This document shows positions 38,831-47,995 of a DNA stretch of 64,000 nt, piece after piece. The notes below the pieces were generated by a model, which was not told where the DNA came from, made no database searches, and was given only the letters and a program-made list of their open reading frames with translations. How positions within the stretch are numbered: the first letter of the stretch is position 1; each line of letters starts with the position of its first letter. Position numbers and translations under genes: made by a program. Origin of the DNA: an uncultured Candidatus Saccharibacteria bacterium. GTDB taxonomy: Bacteria; Patescibacteriota; Minisyncoccia; Sungbacterales; HO2-52-23. The stretch lies in contig CAYPPK010000001.1 in NCBI GenBank assembly GCA_964412615.1, positions 54,983 to 118,982 of the forward strand. The letters are read 5' to 3'.

Positions 38831-39892
38831 ATGAGATCTACTTATACCGTAGAAAGTGTTACTGCTTCTCATCCGGATAAAATGTGCGATCAAATATCAG
38901 ATGCCATCCTGGATGCTTATCTTGCTCAAGATCCGCAAGCGCGGGTGGCCATGGAAACCTTTGGCGCGCATGACCTTTTGGTAATTGGAGGTGAGGTAAC
39001 TGCTAAAGCCCGAGTTGACGCGGCCGAAATCGCGCGCAAAATTTATCATAATGAAATCGGCTACCAAGAGCCGCTTTCCATAGTAACCAATATCATTCAG
39101 CAATCCCCGGACATCGCCCAAGGGGTAGACACCGGCGGAGCAGGAGACCAAGGTATAATGTACGGTTATGCTACTAATGAGACCCTTGAACTTCTGCCCA
39201 GAGGAGTAGTGTTTGCGCATCGTCTGGCCAAAAAACTGGAAGAGCTTGGGCAAGGCGATCCTGAATGCGCTTGGCTGCGTCCGCAAGGAAAGGCCCACGC
39301 TAAAACCCAGGTTACTATGCGGAACGGAAATGTTGTTTCTGCATTAGTTTCCTGCCAGCATTCCGAGGAAATATCGCAATCGGAAATTCGGGCTGCGCTG
39401 GTTAAAAAATTGTTCCAACCGGTTTTGGAAGACACTAAGGATGTGGAAATTTTGGTAAATCCTACCGGGAAATTTGTAGTTGGCGGTTTTGTGGCCGACA
39501 CTGGCCTGACCGGCAGGAAAATAATGGTTGATACTTACGGAGGGTTGATTCCCCATGGCGGCGGCGCATTTTCAGGCAAAGATCCCACCAAAGTTGACCG
39601 CTCGGCCGCTTATATGGCCAGATTCGCGGCCAAAAACCTGGTGGCCAACAATTTTGCCAAAGAATGTTTGGTTTCCGTGGCTTATGCCATTGGCAGAGCA
39701 GAGCCTTTAATGATCCATGCCGAAACCGAAGACGGCCGGGATTTAGGCCCTTTGGTAAGCAAGAAATTTGATTTCCGGCCGCGGGCGATTATTGAGCGCC
39801 TGAATCTGCGTCGGCCCATATATCAAGCAACTGCCTCATACGGACATTTCGGCAAAGCAGGCCTGCCCTGGGAAGAAGTCGTATCTATATAG
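38831..39892 (+). CDS. metK: S-adenosylmethionine synthetase
   Basis: Start at ATG 38831; SHPDKMCDQISDAILDA motif, GGGAFSGKDP P-loop, MetK central and C-terminal domains. Confidence 0.9.
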   Translation: MRSTYTVESVTASHPDKMCDQISDAILDAYLAQDPQARVAMETFGAHDLLVIGGEVTAKARVDAAEIARKIYHNEIGYQEPLSIVTNIIQQSPDIAQGVDTGGAGDQGIMYGYATNETLELLPRGVVFAHRLAKKLEELGQGDPECAWLRPQGKAHAKTQVTMRNGNVVSALVSCQHSEEISQSEIRAALVKKLFQPVLEDTKDVEILVNPTGKFVVGGFVADTGLTGRKIMVDTYGGLIPHGGGAFSGKDPTKVDRSAAYMARFAAKNLVANNFAKECLVSVAYAIGRAEPLMIHAETEDGRDLGPLVSKKFDFRPRAIIERLNLRRPIYQATASYGHFGKAGLPWEEVVSI

Positions 39893-39963
39893 TAGATGTG
39901 GATAAGGCGGATTGAATTTTGCGCCTAATTAGGGATAATGAAGTATATTCTAAGATAGCCATT

Positions 39964-40788
39964 ATGAAAAAAATCGTATCACTGGTAGCGAGCTTTGTTT
40001 TGTTTGTGCAATTAATGCCTTTGGCAGTTATGGCATCGGTACAGGATGACTTGCGGGAAAGAAGGGAAACAGCCAAACAAGAAGTGGAATTGCGGCGGGA
40101 ACAATTTCTACAGGAAGTAGAAAATAAGCGTGATGGTTTTCGTTCCGAGACCGAAAGAAAAAAAGAAGAAGCAAGAAAGTTGCTGGAAACAAAAAAAGAA
40201 GAGCAGGAAGCGCTCCGGCAAAAAATTAAGGAGGAAATTAAAGAGCGGCAGGAAGAAGTAAAACAGAAACGAGAAGTTGCCAAAGAAAAAATAAAGGAGT
40301 TGCGCCAGCAGTTTGAGGACGAGAAGCGAAAAAGGAAAGAGGAGCTTAAGAAAAAATTAGGGCAGGAGCGGGCCGAAAGAGTGGAAGATTTTTTTGCGCA
40401 AATGGTTCGGAAATTTGAAGCCGCCATTGAACGGCTTGATAACTTCGCGGATAGGATAGAAGAGCATATTGCCAAGGCGGAAGAGAAAGGAATAGACACC
40501 AATAACGCAAAAAGTCAACTTTTAACGGCCCGGGAAAAAATAGTAGAAGCGGAAAGGGCCCTGGAAGATGCGAAGACAAAGTACCATGAGGCTGTTCAAA
40601 ACCCGGATCTTAAAAAGGCCTTTGAAAAAGTGAGAGAACTGGTGAAGCAAGTTTCCGAGAAAGTAAGAGAAGCGCACAAAACCCTGGCCGAATCAGTTGC
40701 GGCACTGAAAGGATCAGTCAATGGAGAAGATGACGAAGAAAGTGAAACCGAATCGGAATCAGCAACCAGCAGCCAAACTAATCAATAA
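39964..40788 (+). CDS. secreted coiled-coil protein (Glu/Lys/Arg-rich), hypothetical
   Basis: Signal-peptide-like N-terminus MKKIVSLVASFVLFVQLMPLAVMA, then about 230 aa highly charged heptad-like sequence. Confidence 0.4.
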   Translation: MKKIVSLVASFVLFVQLMPLAVMASVQDDLRERRETAKQEVELRREQFLQEVENKRDGFRSETERKKEEARKLLETKKEEQEALRQKIKEEIKERQEEVKQKREVAKEKIKELRQQFEDEKRKRKEELKKKLGQERAERVEDFFAQMVRKFEAAIERLDNFADRIEEHIAKAEEKGIDTNNAKSQLLTAREKIVEAERALEDAKTKYHEAVQNPDLKKAFEKVRELVKQVSEKVREAHKTLAESVAALKGSVNGEDDEESETESESATSSQTNQ

Positions 40789-40808
40789 ATTTAAACTAAT
40801 ATTCTTTT

Positions 40809-41228
40809 ATGGAAGAATATCAATTTCAGCCACCTCCTCAACCAACTCTTTCTAACCCGGAATCTTCAACTCAAATGCCGTCTCAGCCGCAGCCGGCCCC
40901 GGTGCGGACGCCGGAATTGCCGCCGCAAACGCCACCGGCAGTCCCCAAGCCGGAACCTCAACCCAATTTATCTAAAGAATATCCATTGCTGCTTGAGCCC
41001 CAAAAACGAAATAAAGTTTTGTGGATTCTATCGGGAATCATGGCGCTGGCGGTATTATTTGTAGCATTTGTAATCTACTATGGCTCTTTGCCCGAACCGG
41101 GTGATACCGGGGCTCAAGCGGGGACTCCGGAAGCAATTACTAATCTTGAAGCAGAATTGCAGGCGGTGGACTTGCAGGACTTGGGCACGGAGCTGGAAGA
41201 CATAGAAAAAGAACTGCAAGGATTATAA
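40809..41228 (+). CDS. proline-rich single-pass membrane protein, hypothetical
   Basis: N-terminal P/Q-rich low complexity, one TM helix; followed by terminator 41232..41270. Confidence 0.35.
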   Translation: MEEYQFQPPPQPTLSNPESSTQMPSQPQPAPVRTPELPPQTPPAVPKPEPQPNLSKEYPLLLEPQKRNKVLWILSGIMALAVLFVAFVIYYGSLPEPGDTGAQAGTPEAITNLEAELQAVDLQDLGTELEDIEKELQGL

Positions 41229-41326
41229 AAAACAAAATCAGCCCGACTCTACCGGACTGATTTTGTTTTTATTTAAAAATCCGGTGTCAAATTGATTCTC
41301 CTGCGGTCATAAGATAAACTGAATTC

Positions 41327-41689
41327 ATGCTGTTTAAGAATGACAAATATATTTGGACTCATCATTCTCGCGATAAAATGCGTTATTACCGATTGACCGA
41401 AGCAAGAGTAAAAAGAATTATTCGGCATCCGGCCAGGATAGAGGAGGGAATCTTGGAGGAAGGGATCGCCTGCATGCAGCCCGCCCATGGCAGTGGGCGA
41501 GGCTTACCCATTTCTGCTGGGCGGCCGGCTAAGAATTACTCCGAGATCTGGGTCATGTATGTGCTGGCCAATACCAATGATAAAAGTAAAAAGATAAAAG
41601 TTATAACCGCTTGGCGCTATCCCGGTAAAAGCCCGGAGCGAGATCCAATACCGGTAGAAGTTTTAAAAGAAATAAAAAAATTGATATGA
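41327..41689 (+). CDS. DUF4258-domain protein (toxin-like)
   Basis: 120 aa; YIWTHHSRDKMRYYRLTEARVKRII ... VITAWRYP matches DUF4258 pattern (W..HA..RM.ERGI.....ITVY.P). Confidence 0.5.
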   Translation: MLFKNDKYIWTHHSRDKMRYYRLTEARVKRIIRHPARIEEGILEEGIACMQPAHGSGRGLPISAGRPAKNYSEIWVMYVLANTNDKSKKIKVITAWRYPGKSPERDPIPVEVLKEIKKLI

Positions 41690-42351
41690 ATCAACTCATC
41701 AAAGTTTCGCCATCCGGCATCAGTTACTTATTGGAATGCCCCCGCTGTCTTTGGCTGCATTTTAACGAAAGCGTAAAACGCCCGCGGGGCGCTTATCCCT
41801 CGCTGCCGGACGGCATGGACAATGTTTTCAAAAAATATTTTGACGAATATCGGGGCAAAGAGGAGCTTCCGCCTGAGATTGCAGGGAGAATCACCGGAAA
41901 ACTTTATACTGATCTTAAGCAACTTCACCAATGGAGGGAATTTAATTTCGGCAGGGGAGGAATACGCGCCGAATTTCCGGAGATGAATATGATGGTATCG
42001 GGCGCCATAGATGAATTAATGATTGCGCCGGACGGCAAATTTATTCCTTTTGATTTCAAAACCAGGGGCTATCCCACCAAAGAAGACACGCATGAGCATT
42101 ATCGCCATCAGCTTGATCTCTATGCTTTGCTTTTTGAGAAAAACGGCCACCAGCCGGCAGAACACGGTTACTTGCTTTTTTTCTGGCCCGAAACCTACGG
42201 CTTGGGGCAGGCATCGTTTAAAACCAACTTGGTTAAAATGGATGTTTCTCCCAGCCGCGGCTATGGGGTTTTGCAGAAAGCGCATCAAATTATCACAGGT
42301 CCTCAACCGGATGTTCATGCGGATTGCGAATACTGCGCTTACAGGGGCTAA
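41686..42351 (+). CDS. PD-(D/E)xK nuclease, Cas4/RecB-like with N- and C-terminal Cys pairs
   Basis: 221 aa; CPRC near N-terminus, D..(AIDEL)...FDFK motif II/III, Q..LY motif IV, CEYCAY C-terminus; ATGA overlap with DUF4258 gene. Confidence 0.55.
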   Translation: MNQLIKVSPSGISYLLECPRCLWLHFNESVKRPRGAYPSLPDGMDNVFKKYFDEYRGKEELPPEIAGRITGKLYTDLKQLHQWREFNFGRGGIRAEFPEMNMMVSGAIDELMIAPDGKFIPFDFKTRGYPTKEDTHEHYRHQLDLYALLFEKNGHQPAEHGYLLFFWPETYGLGQASFKTNLVKMDVSPSRGYGVLQKAHQIITGPQPDVHADCEYCAYRG

Positions 42352-42435
42352 ACATCACAAAGTGATGTCGCCCGATCTTTGCCGGTGCAGCAAAGATTTA
42401 GGGAAGTTAAAAGGCGGCTGGTTAGCCGCTATTCT

Positions 42436-42735
42436 CTATATAAATATAAACCCCTTAAGATTATTGCCTAGTAGCCAAAGAAGGGTGCTTCCCCGGGCTC
42501 TTGTTTCAACATCATCGGTATATTCTCCGGACTTGGTTTTTCGGGGAATAATTTTTTTTCGCACCAAAATCAAATCTTTTCTGATACCATCTTCCGTATG
42601 GCCGTTTTTTAAGGCAGATTCTAGCACTTCCTTTACTTTTTCGTAAAAACTCGGATTGTTTCCTTTTTCAAGATTGGCAGCAATAAGGATATCACAAGCG
42701 TAAATTTGAAGCTGAATTTCTTCCGGGGTACGCAT
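42436..42735 (-). CDS. hypothetical protein
   Basis: 99-aa ORF convergent with the nuclease gene; followed on minus strand by GCGGCT-AACC-AGCCGC hairpin + CTTTT. Confidence 0.3.
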   Translation of the reverse strand: MRTPEEIQLQIYACDILIAANLEKGNNPSFYEKVKEVLESALKNGHTEDGIRKDLILVRKKIIPRKTKSGEYTDDVETRARGSTLLWLLGNNLKGFIFI

Positions 42736-42806
42736 TTTTATGTCCTTTTGACGGGTCTAGTTACTTATGGTATTTTTATTTGGTAAAAAGTCAACCCTGC
42801 ATCAGT

Positions 42807-43541
42807 ATGCCGGTACTTGAAGTTAAAAATTTGGTGAAGATTTATAAGGACTTGGAAGCAGTCCGGGATATTTCTTTTGCGGTGGAAGAAGGAGAAATAG
42901 TGGGGCTTCTGGGGCCCAATGGCGCGGGGAAAACCACTACCATTAACATGATCCTGGGGCTGCTTACACCAACTTCCGGATCAATCAAAGCCTTCGGAAA
43001 AGATTTTGGGAAAAATCGGGAAGAAATTTTAGGGAAAGCGAACTTTGCCGCGGTTTATGCCCAACTGCCAGGCAATCTTTCCGTCTGGCAGAATCTTTTT
43101 ATTTTTGCTTTGCTTTATGGCGTACCTAGTCCAAGCGCGAAGGTGCAACAATTACTTGAAGAATTTGACCTGCAACAATTTTCCCATTCCCGCAGCGGTT
43201 TTCTTTCTTCCGGCGAACAGTCCCGGCTTAATTTAGCCAAAGCCTTGCTGAATAATCCCAAACTTTTGCTTTTAGACGAGCCTACTGCTTCCATTGATCC
43301 TAGCAACGCGCAAATTTTGCGGCAAAAAATCAAACAATATGCAAAGCAATTTAAGGCCGGAATTCTTTGGACCTCGCATAATATGAATGAAATTGACGAA
43401 GTATGCGACCGCGTCTTATTTATCTCCCACGGAAAAATCTTGCTGGGGGGCAACCCGCGTGATCTTCCCGGACAATACGGCAAGAAAAATCTGGAGGAGC
43501 TTTTCATCGCGGTAGCCAGAGAACCCTTATCTTTGCAGTAG
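42807..43541 (+). CDS. ABC transporter ATP-binding protein
   Basis: Walker A GPNGAGKTT, signature LSSGEQSR, Walker B LLLDEPT; start likely ATG 42807 (MPVLEVKNL). Confidence 0.8.
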   Translation: MPVLEVKNLVKIYKDLEAVRDISFAVEEGEIVGLLGPNGAGKTTTINMILGLLTPTSGSIKAFGKDFGKNREEILGKANFAAVYAQLPGNLSVWQNLFIFALLYGVPSPSAKVQQLLEEFDLQQFSHSRSGFLSSGEQSRLNLAKALLNNPKLLLLDEPTASIDPSNAQILRQKIKQYAKQFKAGILWTSHNMNEIDEVCDRVLFISHGKILLGGNPRDLPGQYGKKNLEELFIAVAREPLSLQ

Positions 43542-43542
43542 T

Positions 43543-43679
43543 ATGAATCCCACACATAACTTTCGCTGTGCTTTGCACCAGGAAAAGCCAGTGTGGGAAG
43601 GATAATAAATTTACCAAACCTTTCGTGATTTCTTGGAAAATTAAACCAGGTGGATTGCGAAAGTTATGTGTGGGATGAA
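43543..43679. repeat. palindromic intergenic element family A, copy 2 (137 bp)
   Basis: ATGAA-TCCCACACATAACTTTCGC ... GCGAAAGTTATGTGTGGGA-TGAA; terminal inverted repeat extends to 18+ bp in this copy. Confidence 0.8.
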
Positions 43680-44469
43680 TTTCAAACGTGCGTTCACAAT
43701 TTTTCTCCGTCAAATTTTCCTGCTCAAGAGGAGTTTTCACCGCCTGCTCGGAATTTTTTATTGGTCCATACTGGAACTCTTTTTATGGGGCTTTCTTACC
43801 GTGTATCTTAACCGGGTGGGCGAGAACCGCTTAAGTTTTATTACCGTGGTCATAGGCACGGTAATACTTTGGAACTTTTTGAATCGGATTCAGCAGGGAG
43901 TGGCCATATCTTTTCTCGAGGATGTGTGGGCCAGAAATTTCATGAATCTCTTTGCCTCTCCCCTGAACATTAAGGAATATGTGGGAGGATTGGTTCTGGT
44001 CAGTATCGTAAGCTCCACGGTATCTATTGCTGTCATGGCCCTAGCGGCTTGGCTGCTTTTTGCTTACAATCTTTTTCAATTTGGATTTCTGATGCTTCCC
44101 TTCATTGCCGTGCTCTTTTTATTCGGGCTGGCGCTTGGTTTTTACACTACGGCTATGATCTTACGCTTTGGCCCTTCTTCAGAAATTTTGGCCTGGTCCA
44201 TTCCGGCTCTTCTGCCTCCTTTCTCGGGAGTATTTTATCCTATCGCTACCCTGCCCGGCTGGATACAGCCCATCGCCAACCTCATTCCCATCTCTCATGT
44301 ATTTGAAGGCATGAGAACCATAGTAATTTCCGGCACTTTTGACCCCAACCGGCTTATTTTTGCCTCTTTGCTCGCGGCTTTCTTTTTAGTGGTTTCTTAT
44401 TGGCTGCTTTTGCGCACTTACCGTTTTGTGTTGCGTGAAGGACGGCTAACTCGCTTTCAGGTGGAATAA
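43675..44469 (+). CDS. ABC-2 type transporter permease
   Basis: 6 TM helices, ABC-2 family layout; start ATG 43675 is supplied by the right end of the repeat (ORF track started at ATG 43666 inside repeat). Confidence 0.65.
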   Translation: MNFKRAFTIFLRQIFLLKRSFHRLLGIFYWSILELFLWGFLTVYLNRVGENRLSFITVVIGTVILWNFLNRIQQGVAISFLEDVWARNFMNLFASPLNIKEYVGGLVLVSIVSSTVSIAVMALAAWLLFAYNLFQFGFLMLPFIAVLFLFGLALGFYTTAMILRFGPSSEILAWSIPALLPPFSGVFYPIATLPGWIQPIANLIPISHVFEGMRTIVISGTFDPNRLIFASLLAAFFLVVSYWLLLRTYRFVLREGRLTRFQVE

Positions 44470-44522
44470 AACTCCACTGTGGATAAAATCGCTTCTTAAG
44501 GTGAAGATTTCTATTATAATGA

Positions 44523-44804
44523 ATGGCATTACTATTAATGTCTTTATTTATGCCTGAAGAAAAGAAAGATATAGCTAAATGGGTTATAGTTTTTATCTCC
44601 TTGGCTGTCGGTTTGGGCGGCGGGTATTATTTTGGTCTTAATCGCGGGGTGGCTAAAGAAAAAGCAGCGGAAGAAGCAAGAAAACTTGAGGCAGAAAAAG
44701 CAGCGGCCAAAGCCGTGAATCCTTTTGAGCAGGTTTCCAGCAATCCTTTTGAAAAAGCCCCAGTAAATCCGTTTGAAAATGTTAAGACGAATCCGTTTGA
44801 ATAA
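44523..44804 (+). CDS. small membrane protein with four C-terminal NPFE repeats
   Basis: 93 aa; TM helix then (V/S/T)NPFE x4. Confidence 0.3.
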   Translation: MALLLMSLFMPEEKKDIAKWVIVFISLAVGLGGGYYFGLNRGVAKEKAAEEARKLEAEKAAAKAVNPFEQVSSNPFEKAPVNPFENVKTNPFE

Positions 44805-44808
44805 CTTT

Positions 44809-46761
44809 ATGCAGAAAAAAAATCTCATATTTGCTTCTGCTATTTTTGCATTAGCGCTAAGCTACTCCGCGTTCATCTATGCGCAGGAGTTCACTTATCC
44901 TGTTCCGGAGCTTGGGAACTGCGAATCGCAGGAAGCATGTAAGGCATATTGCGACGATTCTAGCCACCTTGACGAATGCGTACAATTTGGAGAGAAGCAT
45001 AACCTTCTGGATAAAGAAGAGTTAAAAAAAGCCAAAGAGTTTGAGGGGCAGACCGGCCCCGGCGGATGCCAAGGCGCCAACGAGTGCCGCGCTTATTGCG
45101 AGGACTCCAGCCATCAAAATGAATGTCTTGAGTTTGGCCAACGCAAGGGATTAATCTCCGATCAAAACGCTGAAGTCACTCGGCGCGTGCGCCAGGAAGG
45201 CGGTCCGGGAGGATGCAAAGACGAAAAAGAATGCCGTGCCTATTGCGAAGATCCGGCCAATCTTGATCAATGCTTTGCGTTTGCCGAGACCAATGGATTG
45301 ATTTCCGGAGAAGAAGCCAGCCGCCTTAAAAAAATGGCTTTAGTTTCCGGCCCCGGCGGCTGCAGGGGAAATGAATGCCGAACTTATTGCGAGGATCCCG
45401 GCCACCAACAGGAATGCATTGCGTTTGCGGAGGAAAACGGATTGATGTCTAAAGAAGAGGCGGAGCGGGCCAAAAAATTTGCCGGGAAAACCGGTCCGGG
45501 AGGATGCCGGGGAGAAGAATGCCGCACTTTTTGCGAAAATCCGGAAAGTGCGGGAGGCTGTCTGGATTTTGCGGCCAAAGAAGGATTGATGCCTCCGCAA
45601 GAATTGGAAAGAGCCCGGAAATTTATAAAAGTGTCGCAAGAAGGAGGTCCGGGGGGATGCAAAGGAGGGCAATGCCGGGAATTTTGCGCGGATCCTGCCA
45701 ATCAAAACCAATGTTTTGAGTTTGCCAAAAAGCAGGGGCTCATTAACCCCGCAGAGGAAAAACAGTTTGAGGCGGGAATGAAAATAAGGGAAAAATTGGA
45801 AACGACCGGCGGTCCGGGAGGATGTAAAAATGAAAATGACTGCCGCGCGTATTGCGCCGATCCTGATCGCGTGGAAGAATGCGTGGCCTTTGGCGCTGCG
45901 CATGGCGGCATTCCCGAAACGGAAGCGCGTGAAATGCTGAAAAATTTTCAAGAAAAGCGTTTTGAATTGCGCCAGGAGTTTCGGCCGCCGGAAGATTTTG
46001 CCCGATTTAAAGAGGAGGCGGAAAGAAGGTTTGAGGAATTTAAGCAGCTGGAAATACAATTTCGCAATCGGCCGGAATTAATGGGTCCACCCGCGGGCGG
46101 AGAATTTCCCGCGGGCAGCGGAGCTGAAAGCGGGCAAGTCGGGCCCGGCGGATGTTCTTCAGCATCGGAGTGTATAAAATATTGTTCCGAGCATAAAGAA
46201 GAATGCTTTAGTTTCGGACCGGCAGGAAAACCAGACGTGCTGCCTCCGCAGGGGGGAATTCCTCCCGGACAAGATGGATCTGCCGGCAGATCGGATTTTC
46301 CGCAACTGCGCCAGGATGCCGTGCAATTACGTCCTAGATTAGAACCACGGCCGAAAGATTTAAAAATTGAGCCGCAGCTCAAGAAAGAATTGGAGCAGCG
46401 TTTTCCTGAAGAATTTGAAAGGCGTTCGCCAGAAAATTTTTCGCCTTCTCCCGAAAATATTCAGCCACCCCAGATGAGAACTTTTCCTGCTCCGCCGGAA
46501 GGATTCAAGCCGTCAGATTTACCGTCTGTTTCGCCAAGACCGGAATCATTTTCGCCCCCAGCTGATAATTTCTCGCGTCCGCCTGACAATTCTTTCCTGC
46601 CGCCACCGGTATCGGCACCTCTGCCCAGCGGTTCATTTGAGCAGCAATTCACTCCCGCACCGGACAGCACCGGAGGAGAACAAGCACCGCCGCCTCCGCC
46701 TCCCAGCAGCAGCTTAAATAGCGGTTTTCTGGCCAGTATTATCCATTTCTTTGTCTGGTAA
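44809..46761 (+). CDS. secreted protein with about 9 tandem Cys-rich repeats (GPGGC..ECR.YCEDP....C..F) and Pro-rich C-terminal region
   Basis: Signal peptide MQKKNLIFASAIFALALSYSAFIYA; about 40-aa unit with 4 conserved Cys repeated about 9 times (tandem 120-bp DNA repeats 45040..45900); C-terminal P/S-rich region and hydrophobic tail. Confidence 0.5.
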   Translation: MQKKNLIFASAIFALALSYSAFIYAQEFTYPVPELGNCESQEACKAYCDDSSHLDECVQFGEKHNLLDKEELKKAKEFEGQTGPGGCQGANECRAYCEDSSHQNECLEFGQRKGLISDQNAEVTRRVRQEGGPGGCKDEKECRAYCEDPANLDQCFAFAETNGLISGEEASRLKKMALVSGPGGCRGNECRTYCEDPGHQQECIAFAEENGLMSKEEAERAKKFAGKTGPGGCRGEECRTFCENPESAGGCLDFAAKEGLMPPQELERARKFIKVSQEGGPGGCKGGQCREFCADPANQNQCFEFAKKQGLINPAEEKQFEAGMKIREKLETTGGPGGCKNENDCRAYCADPDRVEECVAFGAAHGGIPETEAREMLKNFQEKRFELRQEFRPPEDFARFKEEAERRFEEFKQLEIQFRNRPELMGPPAGGEFPAGSGAESGQVGPGGCSSASECIKYCSEHKEECFSFGPAGKPDVLPPQGGIPPGQDGSAGRSDFPQLRQDAVQLRPRLEPRPKDLKIEPQLKKELEQRFPEEFERRSPENFSPSPENIQPPQMRTFPAPPEGFKPSDLPSVSPRPESFSPPADNFSRPPDNSFLPPPVSAPLPSGSFEQQFTPAPDSTGGEQAPPPPPPSSSLNSGFLASIIHFFVW

Positions 46762-46822
46762 TTAATTTTGACCGCAATCCGCCTCTTTCCGTAAAGGGGC
46801 GGATTTTGTATAATTTTTTTGT

Positions 46823-47905
46823 ATGTTTGGCAAAGTTTTCATTTCGGTTTTTGTTTTGGGAATTATTGCGGCAGCTGCTGCTTTCTTTTCCTTGGTTCCA
46901 ATTTCTAAAGAAACGGCAAAAAATTCGGAGAGAACACCAGCCACTATTCCCTTGGCTGAACCGGCGAAAGAAAATCCTCCTGAGGTTCGCCAAGTTGAGA
47001 TTGCCCTGCCGCCAATGGAATTGCCTCCGGTTGCTGCTCCGGTACTGCCTCAAGCTGCAGCAACCACTAATCCGGAAGTTCCAGCAAAAATTGAAATAAA
47101 AGCAGAGGATCCGCCAACCGGTCCGCCAGCTGGCGGACTAGAAAATATACCGGAAAAACCAACACTTCCTCCTTTGCGGGAAACGGAAATTTTAAAAGCA
47201 GTAGTAAAAATTCAGTGTCCAACCACAGACGGCCTGGGTAAGTATGTCGGTTCCGGATTTGTTATGGCCGGCGGTACGGTAATTACCGCCGCGCATGTGC
47301 TTAAGGATTCCAGTAGCAGAAATTGTGATGTTATCTTCCCGAATGACCGAAGACCTGTTCATTACTTGCGCGGCATTACCGAGGACTTGGAAATCATCCG
47401 CCAGCGGCATGATAAAGAGGGGATTGATGTGGCATACCTTACTCTGCCTGCTTTGGATTCTTATCCGGAAGCGGCTGCTATTTTCAGCAGTTATCCGAAA
47501 ATTTCTTATCCGATTTGCTCTGAACCGGAAATGCTTAATGATCGGCTGCTGCACTTTGGTTATCCTTCCAACTATGCGGATCAGTCATATCTTTCCCGAC
47601 AAGAAGGCAAAGCCGTAATTTATGCTGATATTAAAAGCGTAAAGAACCAGCTTTCTGAGGATCAAACCTATATCTATAGAACTCCTGTTTTTGCCTATAC
47701 CTATGATCAAAGTGAAATGCGTTCGTATATGGTAAGCCAAGTGGCTTCTTTTTACGGCGATTCAGGGGGTCTGGCTTTCAACGCGGATAAGCAATGCGTC
47801 ATCGGCCCGCATCGGGGAGGAACCATCGGCAAAGCAGCCGGAGAAAATTATTCCGTATTCATGAATTTGGGCTGGGAAAAAGCAAAATCCGTTTTGCCTA
47901 ATTAA
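46823..47905 (+). CDS. trypsin-like serine protease (S1 family) with N-terminal TM anchor and Pro-rich linker
   Basis: TAAHV (His), GDSGG (Ser) catalytic motifs; N-terminal hydrophobic helix. Confidence 0.65.
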   Translation: MFGKVFISVFVLGIIAAAAAFFSLVPISKETAKNSERTPATIPLAEPAKENPPEVRQVEIALPPMELPPVAAPVLPQAAATTNPEVPAKIEIKAEDPPTGPPAGGLENIPEKPTLPPLRETEILKAVVKIQCPTTDGLGKYVGSGFVMAGGTVITAAHVLKDSSSRNCDVIFPNDRRPVHYLRGITEDLEIIRQRHDKEGIDVAYLTLPALDSYPEAAAIFSSYPKISYPICSEPEMLNDRLLHFGYPSNYADQSYLSRQEGKAVIYADIKSVKNQLSEDQTYIYRTPVFAYTYDQSEMRSYMVSQVASFYGDSGGLAFNADKQCVIGPHRGGTIGKAAGENYSVFMNLGWEKAKSVLPN

Positions 47906-47995
47906 TGTTTGACATCTTTTTTAACACCCTGAGGGTACTTGACTTTTTTGGGCCGTAGTGTAAACCGGTATTTAGAACATGAACAAGGAGACGCT

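Noticed and set aside
45040-45900. Tandem 120-bp DNA repeats considered as a possible CRISPR array
   Set aside because: The repeats are in-frame coding repeats of a Cys-rich protein (each unit translates to the same 40-aa module). There are no unique spacers and no repeat-spacer periodicity.
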